A DNA stretch of 64,000 nt. Source: Rhodothermales bacterium (GTDB taxonomy: Bacteria > Bacteroidota > Rhodothermia > Rhodothermales > JANQRZ01). The translations under genes were made by a program, and so were the position numbers. The stretch lies in the NCBI GenBank assembly GCA_965215145.1, contig OZ244038.1, forward strand, positions 956,579-1,020,578. The letters run 5' to 3'. The notes under the pieces are model-generated. The model saw nothing but the letters and a program-made list of their open reading frames with translations, was not told the DNA's origin and searched no databases. This document shows, piece by piece, positions 8,133-17,325 of this stretch. Within the stretch, counting starts at the first letter, position 1. Every line of letters starts with the position of its first letter.

Positions 8133-9875
8133 ATGCCTGAACCCCTCAACGTCTTTGAGCACCAGCGCTTCCGGCTCCGCACACCGGAGGGGGAGCGCGT
8201 CGAGCGCTCGTTCCGCGAGCTCCTCACCGAAGGGGACGCGGCTTACGCCCTCGATTACGCGCAGCCGTTCTACGACGTCGCCGCGCTGAACCTCCTCGCC
8301 TTCCTGACCCAGCTCGCCTTCGAGCCGGAGACGCCCGCTGCGCTGGCCGAGCGGGTGGCCCGGCCGATGACGGAGGCCGAGTTCGAGGAGGGGGTGGCCC
8401 CGCTCCGCGCCCGCTGCTCCCTCACTGGCTCCGGCCCCCGGTTCATGCAGGGGCCGGAGCCGGAGGAGCCGAAGAAGGCCGAGTCCCTCGACGTGGCCGT
8501 CCCCATCGCCCCGAAGGGCGACCGCCAGTTCCTCCACCGCGCCGATGCCGACTGGGCCGTGCCGCCCGAGCAGGCCGGCCTCTTCCTCTTCGCCCGGAAC
8601 ACGTTCTACGAGGGCACCGGCGGGCGTGGCTACCAGAAGGGCACCAACGGCGACACCCCCGTCCGCGCCCTCGTCACGGTCCCGGCCGAGAACGAAACGA
8701 TCTGGCTCCGAAAGAGCCTCTGGCTCAACGTGCTCGCGCGCGAGCAGCAGCGGACCTATTCCGGCGACTACGCCGACCGTGATGCGCTCCGCCCCGGCGA
8801 CTACGACGGCCTCTTCTGGGCCGACCCGCCCGCGGACGACGTCCCCGTCGGCGGCATCACGCTCCGGGCCGGGCTCGGGTGGATGACGGCCTACCACTGG
8901 CTGTGGTTCGAAGAAGGGGAGGGGGTCTGCCCCCTCACGGGCGAGCGCGCCGCCGGCCTCGTCGCCCGCACAGCGACGAAGCGGAGCACGGGCGTCGCCT
9001 ACGGCACGAAGGGCGACCTCGAAGGGGGCACCCGTGCCGACCGCCTCTTCCGCCACCCGAACGTGCCCACGGAGAAGCTCCGGAAGAAGGGCGAGGTCGT
9101 CGGGGAGCGGCCATTCCTCGTGGACCGGACGAAGGGGCTTGTGGACGCCGTCGGCGCCGCCTTCTTCGGCGGGCTGACGGACGAGACGGCGGCGCCCTAC
9201 ACGCTCGCCCCCGTCGTGGCCCAGCTCAACGCCCCGGCCGTCGGCCGCCTCGGCCTCTCGACGCGGCTGCTCGTCTTCGGCTTCCACATGCTGACGAAGC
9301 ATAAGAGCGTCCACGGTGGCGTCGAGCAGGACACGTTCGCCTACGACCCCGTGGCCCCGGACGCGGCCGAGGCGCTGCGGGTGATGGACGCCGCAGCCAA
9401 GCTGATGAAGGAGGCCACCGCCTTCGCCTCCGACGCTGCCCGCGCACTCGGACAGGCCGTGCAGCGGACGGCCGGTGCCGGCGTCCGGGCGCAGGAGGAC
9501 CCCGAGACGGGCCGGATCACGCTGAAGAAGCTGGAGTCGGTCCCGTCCGTGGACGACCCCTTCGGGCGCGACACGCTCGCTGCGTTCTGGCGTGCCGTCC
9601 AGCGCGCGCACCTCCCCGCCCACGCCGCCGCCATCACGGAGACCGCCCGGCGCGGCCCCGACGCGCTCTCGGAGAGGCGCCAGGCGCTCCAGCGGGAGTG
9701 GGAGGACGCCGTCGCTCGCGAGGTGTGGCGGCAGTACGGCCCCGTCTTCGAGCACTACAGCACGCTCCCCCGCACCATGCCCTACGCCCACGCCGCTCAG
9801 CGCCTCCTCGGGGGCGCCCTGAAGAAGCTCCGCTCCACCGCGCCCGAGACGGCGCCCCAACCCGCCGACGCATGA
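8133..9875 (+). CDS. cas8e: Cascade large subunit Cas8e (Cse1/CasA)
   Basis: A 580-aa ORF in the canonical position between cas3 and cse2. Its size and context fit Cse1. Direct motif recognition is weak. Confidence 0.75.
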   Translation: MPEPLNVFEHQRFRLRTPEGERVERSFRELLTEGDAAYALDYAQPFYDVAALNLLAFLTQLAFEPETPAALAERVARPMTEAEFEEGVAPLRARCSLTGSGPRFMQGPEPEEPKKAESLDVAVPIAPKGDRQFLHRADADWAVPPEQAGLFLFARNTFYEGTGGRGYQKGTNGDTPVRALVTVPAENETIWLRKSLWLNVLAREQQRTYSGDYADRDALRPGDYDGLFWADPPADDVPVGGITLRAGLGWMTAYHWLWFEEGEGVCPLTGERAAGLVARTATKRSTGVAYGTKGDLEGGTRADRLFRHPNVPTEKLRKKGEVVGERPFLVDRTKGLVDAVGAAFFGGLTDETAAPYTLAPVVAQLNAPAVGRLGLSTRLLVFGFHMLTKHKSVHGGVEQDTFAYDPVAPDAAEALRVMDAAAKLMKEATAFASDAARALGQAVQRTAGAGVRAQEDPETGRITLKKLESVPSVDDPFGRDTLAAFWRAVQRAHLPAHAAAITETARRGPDALSERRQALQREWEDAVAREVWRQYGPVFEHYSTLPRTMPYAHAAQRLLGGALKKLRSTAPETAPQPADA

Positions 9876-10513
9876 CCGACCGCATCCCCTGGAGCGAGCT
9901 CGACGCCGAGCTCGCCCTCGTCCGCCACCTCGTCCACGTTCCGCCCTGGCTCCGCGACGACGACCGCGGCCTCCGCGCAGCCTTCCGCCGCTGGACCCCC
10001 GCCGACGAGGAGCCCAGCATCGAGATGCTCGCGGCGCTGTGGCCGCGCGTGCCCGCCGCCGGCTGGCGCGGCCTCGACCCGCCCGGCACGGAGCGGGCCG
10101 TCCGCCACGCCGCCCTCGTCCTCCACCTCCTCGCCCTCGGTCTCGGCCCCGACGAGCAGGGGCAGCCGGCGACGAACCTCGGCCGGGCCGCGCAGGCGGC
10201 CGGCGTCGCCGAGGGGCGGTTCGCCCGGCTCATGAACACGCCCGCGCCGGCCCGGCTCGAAGCCCTCGGGCGGCTCTTCCGGCGCTTCCGTGCGCAGCGC
10301 GTCTACCTCCGCCTCGCCGCGCCGCGGCCCGAGGACGGCGAGGACGACCGCCGCAGCACGCGCGCCACGCTCCGCGACACCCGCCGAGACGACCTCGCCG
10401 CGTTCCTCGCCTTCCTCTTCACCGACGACCCCAGGCCGGCCGTCTCCCGATGGGCCGCCGGCTACTACCGCACCGAGCAGGAGGCGCCCGCCTCCGAGCC
10501 GGCCTCCTCCTGA
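9872..10513 (+). CDS. cas11: Cascade small subunit Cas11 (Cse2/CasB)
   Basis: A 213-aa Arg/Ala-rich helical protein. The ATG at 9872 overlaps the cas8e stop (ATGA). Its position between cas8e and cas7 fits Cse2. The ORF-track start at 9698 is rejected. Confidence 0.7.
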   Translation: MTDRIPWSELDAELALVRHLVHVPPWLRDDDRGLRAAFRRWTPADEEPSIEMLAALWPRVPAAGWRGLDPPGTERAVRHAALVLHLLALGLGPDEQGQPATNLGRAAQAAGVAEGRFARLMNTPAPARLEALGRLFRRFRAQRVYLRLAAPRPEDGEDDRRSTRATLRDTRRDDLAAFLAFLFTDDPRPAVSRWAAGYYRTEQEAPASEPASS

Positions 10514-10530
10514 ACCCAACCCCGACCGCC

Positions 10531-11760
10531 ATGCTCGTCGAGCTCCACCTCCTCACCCCGCACGCCCCCTCCAACCTCAACCGCGACGACTTCGGCCGCC
10601 CCAAGACCGCCCACTTCGGCGGGACCGAGCGCGGGCGGATCTCCTCGCAGGCCCTCAAGCGCGCCATCCGCAAGTCTCCCTATGTCGCCGAGCGCCTCGG
10701 CGAGAAGATCTCGACGCGCTCGCTCCACATCCCGCTGCTCATCTACAACGACCTGAAGAACGACTACGAGGGGGACGACGACAAGCTCGAGCGCCTCGGC
10801 ATTGTGTGCGAGGCCGTCGGCAACGGGCTCGGGAAGACGGAGCAGGCGGACGGCGACGAGAGCGGATTCGAGCTCAAGAACAAGCAGATCGTCTTCCTCA
10901 CCTCCGACGAGATCGACCGCCTGAAGGAGTTCGTCCGCGAGATCGTCGAGTCGGACCAGAAGCTGGTCAAGAAGGCGTCGAAGAAGAGCGACGCACTCGA
11001 CGTAGCCAGCATCGGCAAGATCGTGGCGGAGAGGACCGGCATCAACGAGAGACCGAGCGACGGCGTGGACGTCGCCCTCTTCGGGCGGATGACGACGGAC
11101 GAGGCCAACGCCTTCGCCGCCGTGGACGCCTCGATGCAGGTGGCCCACCCCATCGCCACGCACACGACCGTGACGGAGACCGACTACTTCACGGCCGTAG
11201 ACGACTGGAAGCAGGACACGGCGGAGCGCGGGAGCGGCCACATCGGCGAGCTCGACTTCAACAGCGCTGTCTACTACAAGTACTTCTCCTGCGACCTCGA
11301 CCTCCTGACGGCGAACCTCGGTCGCGACCGAGAGGCCGCGCTCGAGGCGCTTGAGGTCGTCTTCGACGCGGCCTGCCGGGTGACGCCGACCGGGAAGCAG
11401 AACTCATTCGCGAGCCACAGCCCCGCCGAGGCCGCCCTCCTCGTCCTCCGCGAGCGGAAGACGCCGTGCTCGCTCGCCGCCGCCTTCGAGCGGCCCGTCT
11501 CGGCTTCGGAGGAGGGGTACACGGAGCGGAGCCTCCGCCGGATGGTCGAGCGCTACTGCCGCCTCGCGGTGAGGTACGAGCTCGACGACGCCGCGGCCCT
11601 CTTCACCGTCGAGGACTTCGCGCCCATCTTGGGCGGCGACGGCCTCCAGACGTGTGCCGACGGGATCGAGCGGGCCGAGAAGCTCTCCGACCTCTGGGCC
11701 TTCCTCCGCAGCCACACCGAGGCGGGTGCCTCGGGCCAGCCCGCCGTCGCCACCGCCTGA
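10531..11760 (+). CDS. cas7: Cascade backbone subunit Cas7 (Cse4/CasC)
   Basis: MLVELHLLTPHAPSNLNRDDFGRPKTAHFGGTERGRISSQALKRAIR is the characteristic Cas7e N-terminus. The ATG at 10531 is in frame within the longer ORF 10039..11760. Confidence 0.85.
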   Translation: MLVELHLLTPHAPSNLNRDDFGRPKTAHFGGTERGRISSQALKRAIRKSPYVAERLGEKISTRSLHIPLLIYNDLKNDYEGDDDKLERLGIVCEAVGNGLGKTEQADGDESGFELKNKQIVFLTSDEIDRLKEFVREIVESDQKLVKKASKKSDALDVASIGKIVAERTGINERPSDGVDVALFGRMTTDEANAFAAVDASMQVAHPIATHTTVTETDYFTAVDDWKQDTAERGSGHIGELDFNSAVYYKYFSCDLDLLTANLGRDREAALEALEVVFDAACRVTPTGKQNSFASHSPAEAALLVLRERKTPCSLAAAFERPVSASEEGYTERSLRRMVERYCRLAVRYELDDAAALFTVEDFAPILGGDGLQTCADGIERAEKLSDLWAFLRSHTEAGASGQPAVATA

Positions 11761-11764
11761 CGCC

Positions 11765-12514
11765 ATGCCCGGATTCCTCCTCCACCTCGTCGGGCCGATG
11801 CAGAGCTGGGCCGACACCGGCTTCGGCCAGCTCCGCGAGGCCGGTGAGTTCCCCAGCCGTGCCGCCGTCCTCGGCATCGTCGCCGCCGCCCTCGGCGTGC
11901 CCCGCGCCGATCCCCGGCTGCTCGACCTCCACGCGGCCCTGCGCGTCCATGCCGCGACGGTCCGGCCGGGTCGCGTCCTCCGGGACTTCCACACGGTCGA
12001 GACCCGCGAGGGCCGCCCCCGCACGCTCACCTCCCGCGACTACCACCACGACGCCCACTTCGTCGCGCTCGTCGAGGGCGACGACGCCGGGCTCATCGCC
12101 GAGGCCGAGGCGGCGCTGCGGCGGCCCGTCTTCGGGACGTTCCTCGGCCGGCGCTCCTGCCCTCCGGCCGAGCCGCTCCTGCCCGTCCCCGTGACGGGGG
12201 ACCCGTTCGAGGCGCTTTGCGACGCCACCCTTGCCACCGCCGAGGCGCTGCCCTGTCAGCCCTCGCGCTGGAGCGGCCGGTGGGGCCGCTCGTCCGACAT
12301 GCTGACGGTGTGGCTCGACGGGCACTACGCGAGCGACGAGGTGCCGACGGCGTTCGTAGGACCCGACACGTCGGTCTCCTATGGCAGTCGCCGCGCGCGC
12401 CTCGTCGGTCCCCGGCGGGCCTACGCCGCCACTCCCTTCACCCGCCTCCGCTTACCCCGCTCGGAGCCGGCGGGGGAGGACCCACACCAGACCTTCTTCG
12501 ATGCTGCACCTTAG
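11765..12514 (+). CDS. cas5: Cascade subunit Cas5e (CasD)
   Basis: MPGFLLHLVGPMQSWADTGFGQLREAGEFPSRAAVLGIVAAALG is the typical Cas5e N-terminus. The gene starts 4 nt after the cas7 stop. Confidence 0.85.
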   Translation: MPGFLLHLVGPMQSWADTGFGQLREAGEFPSRAAVLGIVAAALGVPRADPRLLDLHAALRVHAATVRPGRVLRDFHTVETREGRPRTLTSRDYHHDAHFVALVEGDDAGLIAEAEAALRRPVFGTFLGRRSCPPAEPLLPVPVTGDPFEALCDATLATAEALPCQPSRWSGRWGRSSDMLTVWLDGHYASDEVPTAFVGPDTSVSYGSRRARLVGPRRAYAATPFTRLRLPRSEPAGEDPHQTFFDAAP

Positions 12515-13193
12515 CCTCCTCCGCCTACCCCGACGTCACCGCCGCTGGCGCCACCTCGACCCGTACCAAGCCCACCAGCTCGCTTGGCAGGCGTTTCCCG
12601 GTGTGCCCCGCGGCGAGCGCCCGTTCCTCTTCAGCCTCGACGAGCGGGGGCCGCACCACAGCCTCCTCGTCCAGAGCACCCGCCCGCCGGACTGGGCCTT
12701 CCTCGACGGCGATGCCGACGTTCAGACGAAGGCGTTCGACCCGCACCAGATCCCTGCGGGCGAGCCGCTCCGGTTCTTCCTCCGGGCGAATCCGACCGTG
12801 GACCGGCGAGGCTTCGGCGACGGGAAAACGCGGCGGGTCGCCGTCGGTACGAACCCGGACCTCGCCTTCCGGCAGATGGGCCGCCCCGAGGACGCCCCCC
12901 GGACGCCCGCCGCGCGCGCCGAGTGGAGGGAGAGGGAGCTCCGGACGTGGATGCAGCGACAGGGCGAGCGTGGGGGGTTCGACGTCACCACCTGCGCGCC
13001 CGGCCCCATCGTGGGCCGCCGCGTGCAGCGCACGGAGGGGGGACGGCCCAAGGGCCGCCCGATGAAGTTCCACGAGGTGGAGTTCACCGGGACGCTGGAG
13101 GTGAGGGATCCAGAGGCGTTCGTGCGGTCCTATTCGGAGGGCGTAGGCAGGGGTCGTGCGTTCGGGTACGGCTTGCTGATGGTGCGCCCGTAG
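12501..13193 (+). CDS. cas6e: CRISPR RNA endoribonuclease Cas6e (CasE/Cse3)
   Basis: MLHLSLLRL...LDPYQAHQLAWQAFPG...FLFSLDE...HSLLVQS... and the C-terminal GVGRGRAFGYGLLMVRP are typical of Cas6e. The gene overlaps the cas5 end by 14 nt. Confidence 0.85.
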   Translation: MLHLSLLRLPRRHRRWRHLDPYQAHQLAWQAFPGVPRGERPFLFSLDERGPHHSLLVQSTRPPDWAFLDGDADVQTKAFDPHQIPAGEPLRFFLRANPTVDRRGFGDGKTRRVAVGTNPDLAFRQMGRPEDAPRTPAARAEWRERELRTWMQRQGERGGFDVTTCAPGPIVGRRVQRTEGGRPKGRPMKFHEVEFTGTLEVRDPEAFVRSYSEGVGRGRAFGYGLLMVRP

Positions 13194-13280
13194 TCAGAGG
13201 CCGCTTCGGCTCTTCGCAGTACCAACTCGAATTACCTGCTCTTTGACCGTTTGTATGCTCCTTGGTGCGTATTCTTTAGT
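13194..13280 (+). promoter_or_regulatory. CRISPR leader
   Basis: An 87-bp segment, locally AT-richer (..accaactcgaattacctgctctttgaccgtttgtatgctccttggtgcgtattctttagt), lies between the cas6e stop and the first repeat. Repeat degeneracy increases toward the opposite end of the array. Confidence 0.6.
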
Positions 13281-15208
13281 CTCCTCCCCGCGCAGGCGGG
13301 GATGACCCGCACTAGACCAACCCGAAACCGCTTGCTCCATACTCCTCCCCGCGCAGGCGGGGATGACCCCCTCTCGCACCTCTCTACTGAGATGGGCCTG
13401 AGCTCCTCCCCGCGCAGGCGGGGATGACCCTGCGGACTGGAACCGCTCGACGAAAGTTTCCGCCTCCTCCCCGCGCAGGCGGGGATGACCCCCCCATGCC
13501 CCGCATCCCCGAGCCCCCCCGCGCCTCCTCCCCGCGCAGGCGGGGATGACCCCCGGGTCGCTCATTCGTCCGTCACGAGGCATTGCTCCTCCCCGCGCAG
13601 GCGGGGATGACCCGCCCAGCGTCGGCCTGCAACCGCTGGTTCTACGCTCCTCCCCGCGCAGGCGGGGATGACCCCATCAGGCCGAGGGCGCGGCGCTGGT
13701 CGGCGTCCTCCTCCCCGCGCAGGCGGGGATGACCCCGAATACAACCGCCTCCGCGCCGACGCGGAGGACTCCTCCCCGCGCAGGCGGGGATGACCCCTAC
13801 AGCCGCGGCGACCTCACGCAGCCGCTCGTCTCCTCCCCGCGCAGGCGGGGATGACCCGCCTGAACCCCCACCCCCACTCCTATGGCCGACCTCCTCCCCG
13901 CGCAGGCGGGGATGACCCCGGTCCCGCATACGCGAAAAACCGCTACGACGCCTCCTCCCCGCGCAGGCGGGGATGACCCCGAACGAGATCGGCCCGGTGC
14001 CGTTGAGGTCGTCTCCTCCCCGCGCAGGCGGGGATGACCCCTCGCCGTCCGACAGCCACGCCGGGATGCTGTCCTCCTCCCCGCGCAGGCAGGGATGACC
14101 CCGTATACCGCTGCCCCAGGCGGTGGGGCCGACGCTCCTCCCCGCGCAGGCGGGGATGACCCCGGATCGAACATGGCCGCAATGTCCTCGCCGCGGCTCC
14201 TCCCCGCGCAGGCGGGGATGACCCCGCGGCGCAGAATGGCCGATTTCGGCCCCCTCGCTCCTCCCCGCGCAGGCGGGGATGACCCTGCTCCACCCTCAGT
14301 TATCGGTCAGCCTACGAGCTCCTCCCCGCGCAGGCGGGGATGACCCTCGCTGTCGCGGGCCGTCTGAACTACGCACTCCCTCCTCCCCGCGCAGGCGGGG
14401 ATGACCCCGGGGCCCAGACGCCGTTCGTGTGGCCCATTGACTCCTCCCCGCGCAGGCGGGGATGACCCCGGCCACTTCGACGCCGCGGCTGCGCTGCTGC
14501 CCTCCTCCCCGCGCAGGCGGGGATGACCCCCACGTCGGCCAGTCCCCACCGCCGTTGGCGAGCTCCTCCCCGCGCAGGCGGGGATGACCCGCCAAACTCA
14601 CGATCGAGTTGGCGGAACAGGTCCTCCTCCCCGCGCAGGCGGGGATGACCCCCCCTGCTAGGTTCCAAGCGTCCATAGCACCGGCTCCTCCCCGCGCAGG
14701 CGGGGATGACCCCGCCGCCCTCGACACCCTCCTCAGGTTGCTCCCCTCCTCCCCGCGCAGGCGGGGATGACCCGCGGCCGTCTCGAAGACGATCCGCCAG
14801 GGCATCCTCCTCCCCGCGCAGGCGGGGATGACCCCCTCTGATTGAGCGGAACTGCCACCCTTGGTCTCTCCTCCCCGCGCAGGCGGGGATGACCCGCGGT
14901 ATTCCCTCCGCCGCGACGGCCCCAGCTTCTCCTCCTCGCGCAGGCGGGGATGACCCTCACAAGGCGGGGTTCCCGAGCCTCGTTTTCATCTCCTCCCCGC
15001 GCAGGCGGGGATGACCCCTCGTCGGCGCGCTGCATCTCGCCGCCGGTGCCCTCCTCCCCGCGCAGGCGGGGATGACCCGTAAACCCACTACCCCCCTACC
15101 CCCCTACCCCCCTACGTTGCTCCTCCCCGCGCAGGCGGGGATGAACCTGAGCATCGTTTCCTAACGCTCCCGTTGGATGGCTCCTCTCCGTCTATGAGTG
15201 GAGGAGCC
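13281..15208 (+). CRISPR. Type I-E CRISPR array with 31 well-conserved repeats, one decayed terminal repeat and 31 spacers
   Basis: The 28-nt core CTCCTCCCCGCGCAGGCGGGGATGACCC (plus a variable 29th base) recurs with 61-bp phase from 13281 to 15120. Exceptions are spacings of 62 bp at 14135->14197 and 69 bp at 15051->15120. Variant repeats are at 14074 (G>A), 14929 (C>T) and 15120 (..GATGAACC). A 19/28-matching remnant lies at 15181..15208, exactly in phase. The ...GGGGATGACCC orientation parallels the E. coli I-E repeat. Confidence 0.97.
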
Positions 15209-15278
15209 TTCAGCAGCGCCGAGGGAGCAGTGGCCTTCGCCGAGCAGGTAGGAGGCCAATCCTACGGTGTCTGAACCG

Positions 15279-15737
15279 CTAGAGCCGGACGATGGCGTGG
15301 GTGACGACGCCGAACACCCGGAGGTCCTGCCCCTCACCCACGTAGACCGGCGCGTACGCCGCGTTCGCCGACTCCAGGAACGCCCGCCGACGCGGCCCCC
15401 GCCCCTCCAGGCGCAGCCGCTTCACGAGGTACTCCCCGTCCACCGCCGCCACGACGACGTCGCCGTCCTTCGGCTCCCGCGCCCGGTCCACCACCAAAAG
15501 GTCGCCCTCCCCGATCCGGACCCCCTCCATCGAGTCCCCCTCGACCTCGACGAAGAACGTCGCCGCCGCGTCGCGGACGAGGTGCTCGTTGAGGTCGAGC
15601 TTCCGGTCGACGAACGCCTCGGCCGGCGAGGCGAACCCGGCGGCGGGGCGGGGGCGCAGCAGCGGGAGGGCGAGCGAGGACGCCTCCGCGCAGGCGAGGA
15701 AGCGGGCAGCGCGGAGAGGGTAACGGGCGGGCTCCAT
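15279..15737 (-). CDS. umuD: UmuD-like S24 peptidase (translesion polymerase V accessory subunit)
   Basis: PAAGFASPAEAFVDRKLDLNEHLVRDAAATFFVEVEGDSMEGVRIGEGDLLVVDRAREPKDGDVVVAAVDGEYLVKRLRL is collinear with E. coli UmuD. It has the A-G cleavage site, the Ser in GDSM and the Lys in VKRL. Start taken at MEPARYPL. Confidence 0.85.
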   Translation of the reverse strand: MEPARYPLRAARFLACAEASSLALPLLRPRPAAGFASPAEAFVDRKLDLNEHLVRDAAATFFVEVEGDSMEGVRIGEGDLLVVDRAREPKDGDVVVAAVDGEYLVKRLRLEGRGPRRRAFLESANAAYAPVYVGEGQDLRVFGVVTHAIVRL

Positions 15738-15851
15738 AGGAAGGCACGTGATGCAGGACGCGAGGGGGCGAAGGTAAGGTCGGGGAGAGCACGGGCGTCC
15801 TCCTTGTAGACACCGCCTCCCGAACCGGACGGACTCTCCCAAAGCGAGCGC

Positions 15852-17252
15852 TCAGCCGAACCGGACGCGCGGGAGCTCCCCCCACCTAGTCGTATAAGCC
15901 GGGCTCTTCGACTCGCGCCGCATCGCCCACGCCTGCCCCGTCTCCGCCTCGGCCTCCTCCCCGCGCGTTCCACAGGCTGCGAAGAACGCCGCCGGACGCC
16001 CCCCACCGCCCCGACCGTACCGGGCGTTGACGCGGTCCACCGCCGCGAGCAGCGCGTCTGCCTGTGCCCCCTCCCGCGCCGCGGCGAAGAGCCGGCCCTG
16101 CTCCGGCCGCGCCCGCGTGACATCGAGGACGACGACCCCGCACTTCCGGTACGGGTACGGCCGCCCCCGTCCGTCCCGCCCCTGCCACACCGTGTCCGTG
16201 AGCCTCCGGCACACCGCGAGCACCTCCGGCGTCCGGTTCGTCGCGCCCGCGAGCTCGGCGGCCAGCGCGCCCGAGCGGTGGGGGCCGCGCGCGCCCTCGT
16301 GGCCCGTGTTCAGGAAGACCTGCACGGCCCGCGCGGCGAGCCCCTCACGGCGCAGCGTCTCGCAGGCGCGGGAGGCGTGCGTGGCGACGGCCTCCCGGAC
16401 CTCGGCGAGCGCCGTCACGGGGCGGCCGAACGAGCGGCTCCGGACCATGCTCTTCCGTGGCGGGGGCGCCTCCTCCAGTGGGATGCACGAGAGGCCGCGG
16501 AGCTCCAGCACGGTACGGAGGCCGGTGACCCGGAGGTGCTGGCGGACCCACGCGTCCGGCCGGTCCCGGAGGTCCTTCGCCGTGGTCACCCCGAGCCCCA
16601 GGAGGCGGCGCCCGTAGGCGCGGCCGACCCCCCACACGTCGCCGACGGGCGTCGCGGCGAGGACGGCGTCGAGGGCGTGCGGGGGGAGGCCGTGGAGGGC
16701 GACGGCCGGCTCCTCCCCCCGCCTCGCGAGCCGCTTCGCGTGCACGCTCCCCACCTTCGCGAGCGTCTTCGTCGGGGCGACCGAGACGCGGACGGGGATC
16801 CCGGTCGCGCGGAGGACGGCGCGGCGGACCTCGCGGGCGAGCGCCGTGAGCTCGGCGTGGGCGCGGTGGGGGTCCGGTGGCGTGGGGAAGACGAGGAAGG
16901 CCTCGTCGATGGAGTAGACCTCGGCGCGGGGCGTGAAGCGCCGGAGCACGGCCATGACGCGGGCGCTCAGGTCAGCGTAGAGCGCGTAGTTCGAGCTGAA
17001 GACGACGGTGCCAACTGCCTCCAGCCGCTCGCGGACGCGGAAGTAGGGCGCGCCCATCTTCACGCCGAGGGCCTTGACCTCCTCGCTCCGGGCGACGACG
17101 CAGCCGTCGTTGTTGGAGAGGACGGCGACGGGGCGGCCGTGGAGGTCGGGGCGGAAGAGGCGCTCACAGGCGCAGTAGAAGTTCTCGCCGTCGACGAGGG
17201 CGAAGAGGCGGCGGGGGGGACCTGCGGGTCGGCTGTAGAGGGCAGGAGGCAC
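15852..17252 (-). CDS. umuC: Y-family DNA polymerase, UmuC/RumB-like
   Basis: LFALVDGENFYCACERLFRPDLHGRPVAVLSNNDGCVVARSEEVKALGVKMGAPYFRV is nearly collinear with the E. coli UmuC N-terminus. Confidence 0.9.
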   Translation of the reverse strand: MPPALYSRPAGPPRRLFALVDGENFYCACERLFRPDLHGRPVAVLSNNDGCVVARSEEVKALGVKMGAPYFRVRERLEAVGTVVFSSNYALYADLSARVMAVLRRFTPRAEVYSIDEAFLVFPTPPDPHRAHAELTALAREVRRAVLRATGIPVRVSVAPTKTLAKVGSVHAKRLARRGEEPAVALHGLPPHALDAVLAATPVGDVWGVGRAYGRRLLGLGVTTAKDLRDRPDAWVRQHLRVTGLRTVLELRGLSCIPLEEAPPPRKSMVRSRSFGRPVTALAEVREAVATHASRACETLRREGLAARAVQVFLNTGHEGARGPHRSGALAAELAGATNRTPEVLAVCRRLTDTVWQGRDGRGRPYPYRKCGVVVLDVTRARPEQGRLFAAAREGAQADALLAAVDRVNARYGRGGGGRPAAFFAACGTRGEEAEAETGQAWAMRRESKSPAYTTRWGELPRVRFG

Positions 17253-17300
17253 GGGAGGCAGACGCGCTGAGGGGGAGGGGCGGCCGACGTAACGGCGGGG

Positions 17301-17325
17301 GGCGTGACAGGAGCCGTGTCACGCC
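17301..17325. promoter_or_regulatory. Palindrome upstream of umuC (candidate operator or hairpin)
   Basis: GGCGTGACA-ggagccg-TGTCACGCC has 9-bp perfect arms and starts 49 nt upstream of the umuC ATG. I do not recognise it as a known LexA box. Confidence 0.25.

Noticed and set aside
7155-9860. 901-aa minus-strand ORF opposite cas3 and cas8e. Similar long antisense or off-frame ORFs include 33821..37717 (+), 1180..2244 (-), 5184..6710 (-), 16278..17270 (+), 41706..43313 (+), 43340..44719 (+), 44979..46751 (+) and 53112..55778 (-).
   Set aside because: These are typical stop-poor alternative frames of a 70% GC genome. They have low-complexity Arg/Gly/Ala/Pro/Glu/Asp composition, and each overlaps a gene with clear family motifs on the other strand or frame.
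9698-10530. Long ORF-track starts for cas11 (9698) and cas7 (10039), and for cas5 (11654) and cas6e (12381)
   Set aside because: These starts lie deep inside the preceding cas genes. The conserved N-termini (MTDRIPW, MLVELHLL, MPGFLLHL, MLHLSLL) begin at ATGs that abut or slightly overlap the upstream stop, as expected for a coupled operon.
13194-15035. Eight overlapping minus-strand ORFs (60-169 aa) rich in GHPRLRGEE / SSPPARGG motifs
   Set aside because: They are translations of the CRISPR repeat (reverse complement GGGTCATCCCCGCCTGCGCGGGGAGGAG) in the three frames. The repeated peptide motif recurs every 61 nt. They are not genes.
2845-15199. Shared CCGTCTAT(A/G)AGT at both borders of the cas cassette (2845..2856 and 15188..15199), considered as possible cassette-flanking direct repeats
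   Set aside because: The exact match is only 8 bp. The chance of such a match between two windows of about 120 bp is of order 0.4. The right-hand copy also lies inside the decayed terminal CRISPR repeat.
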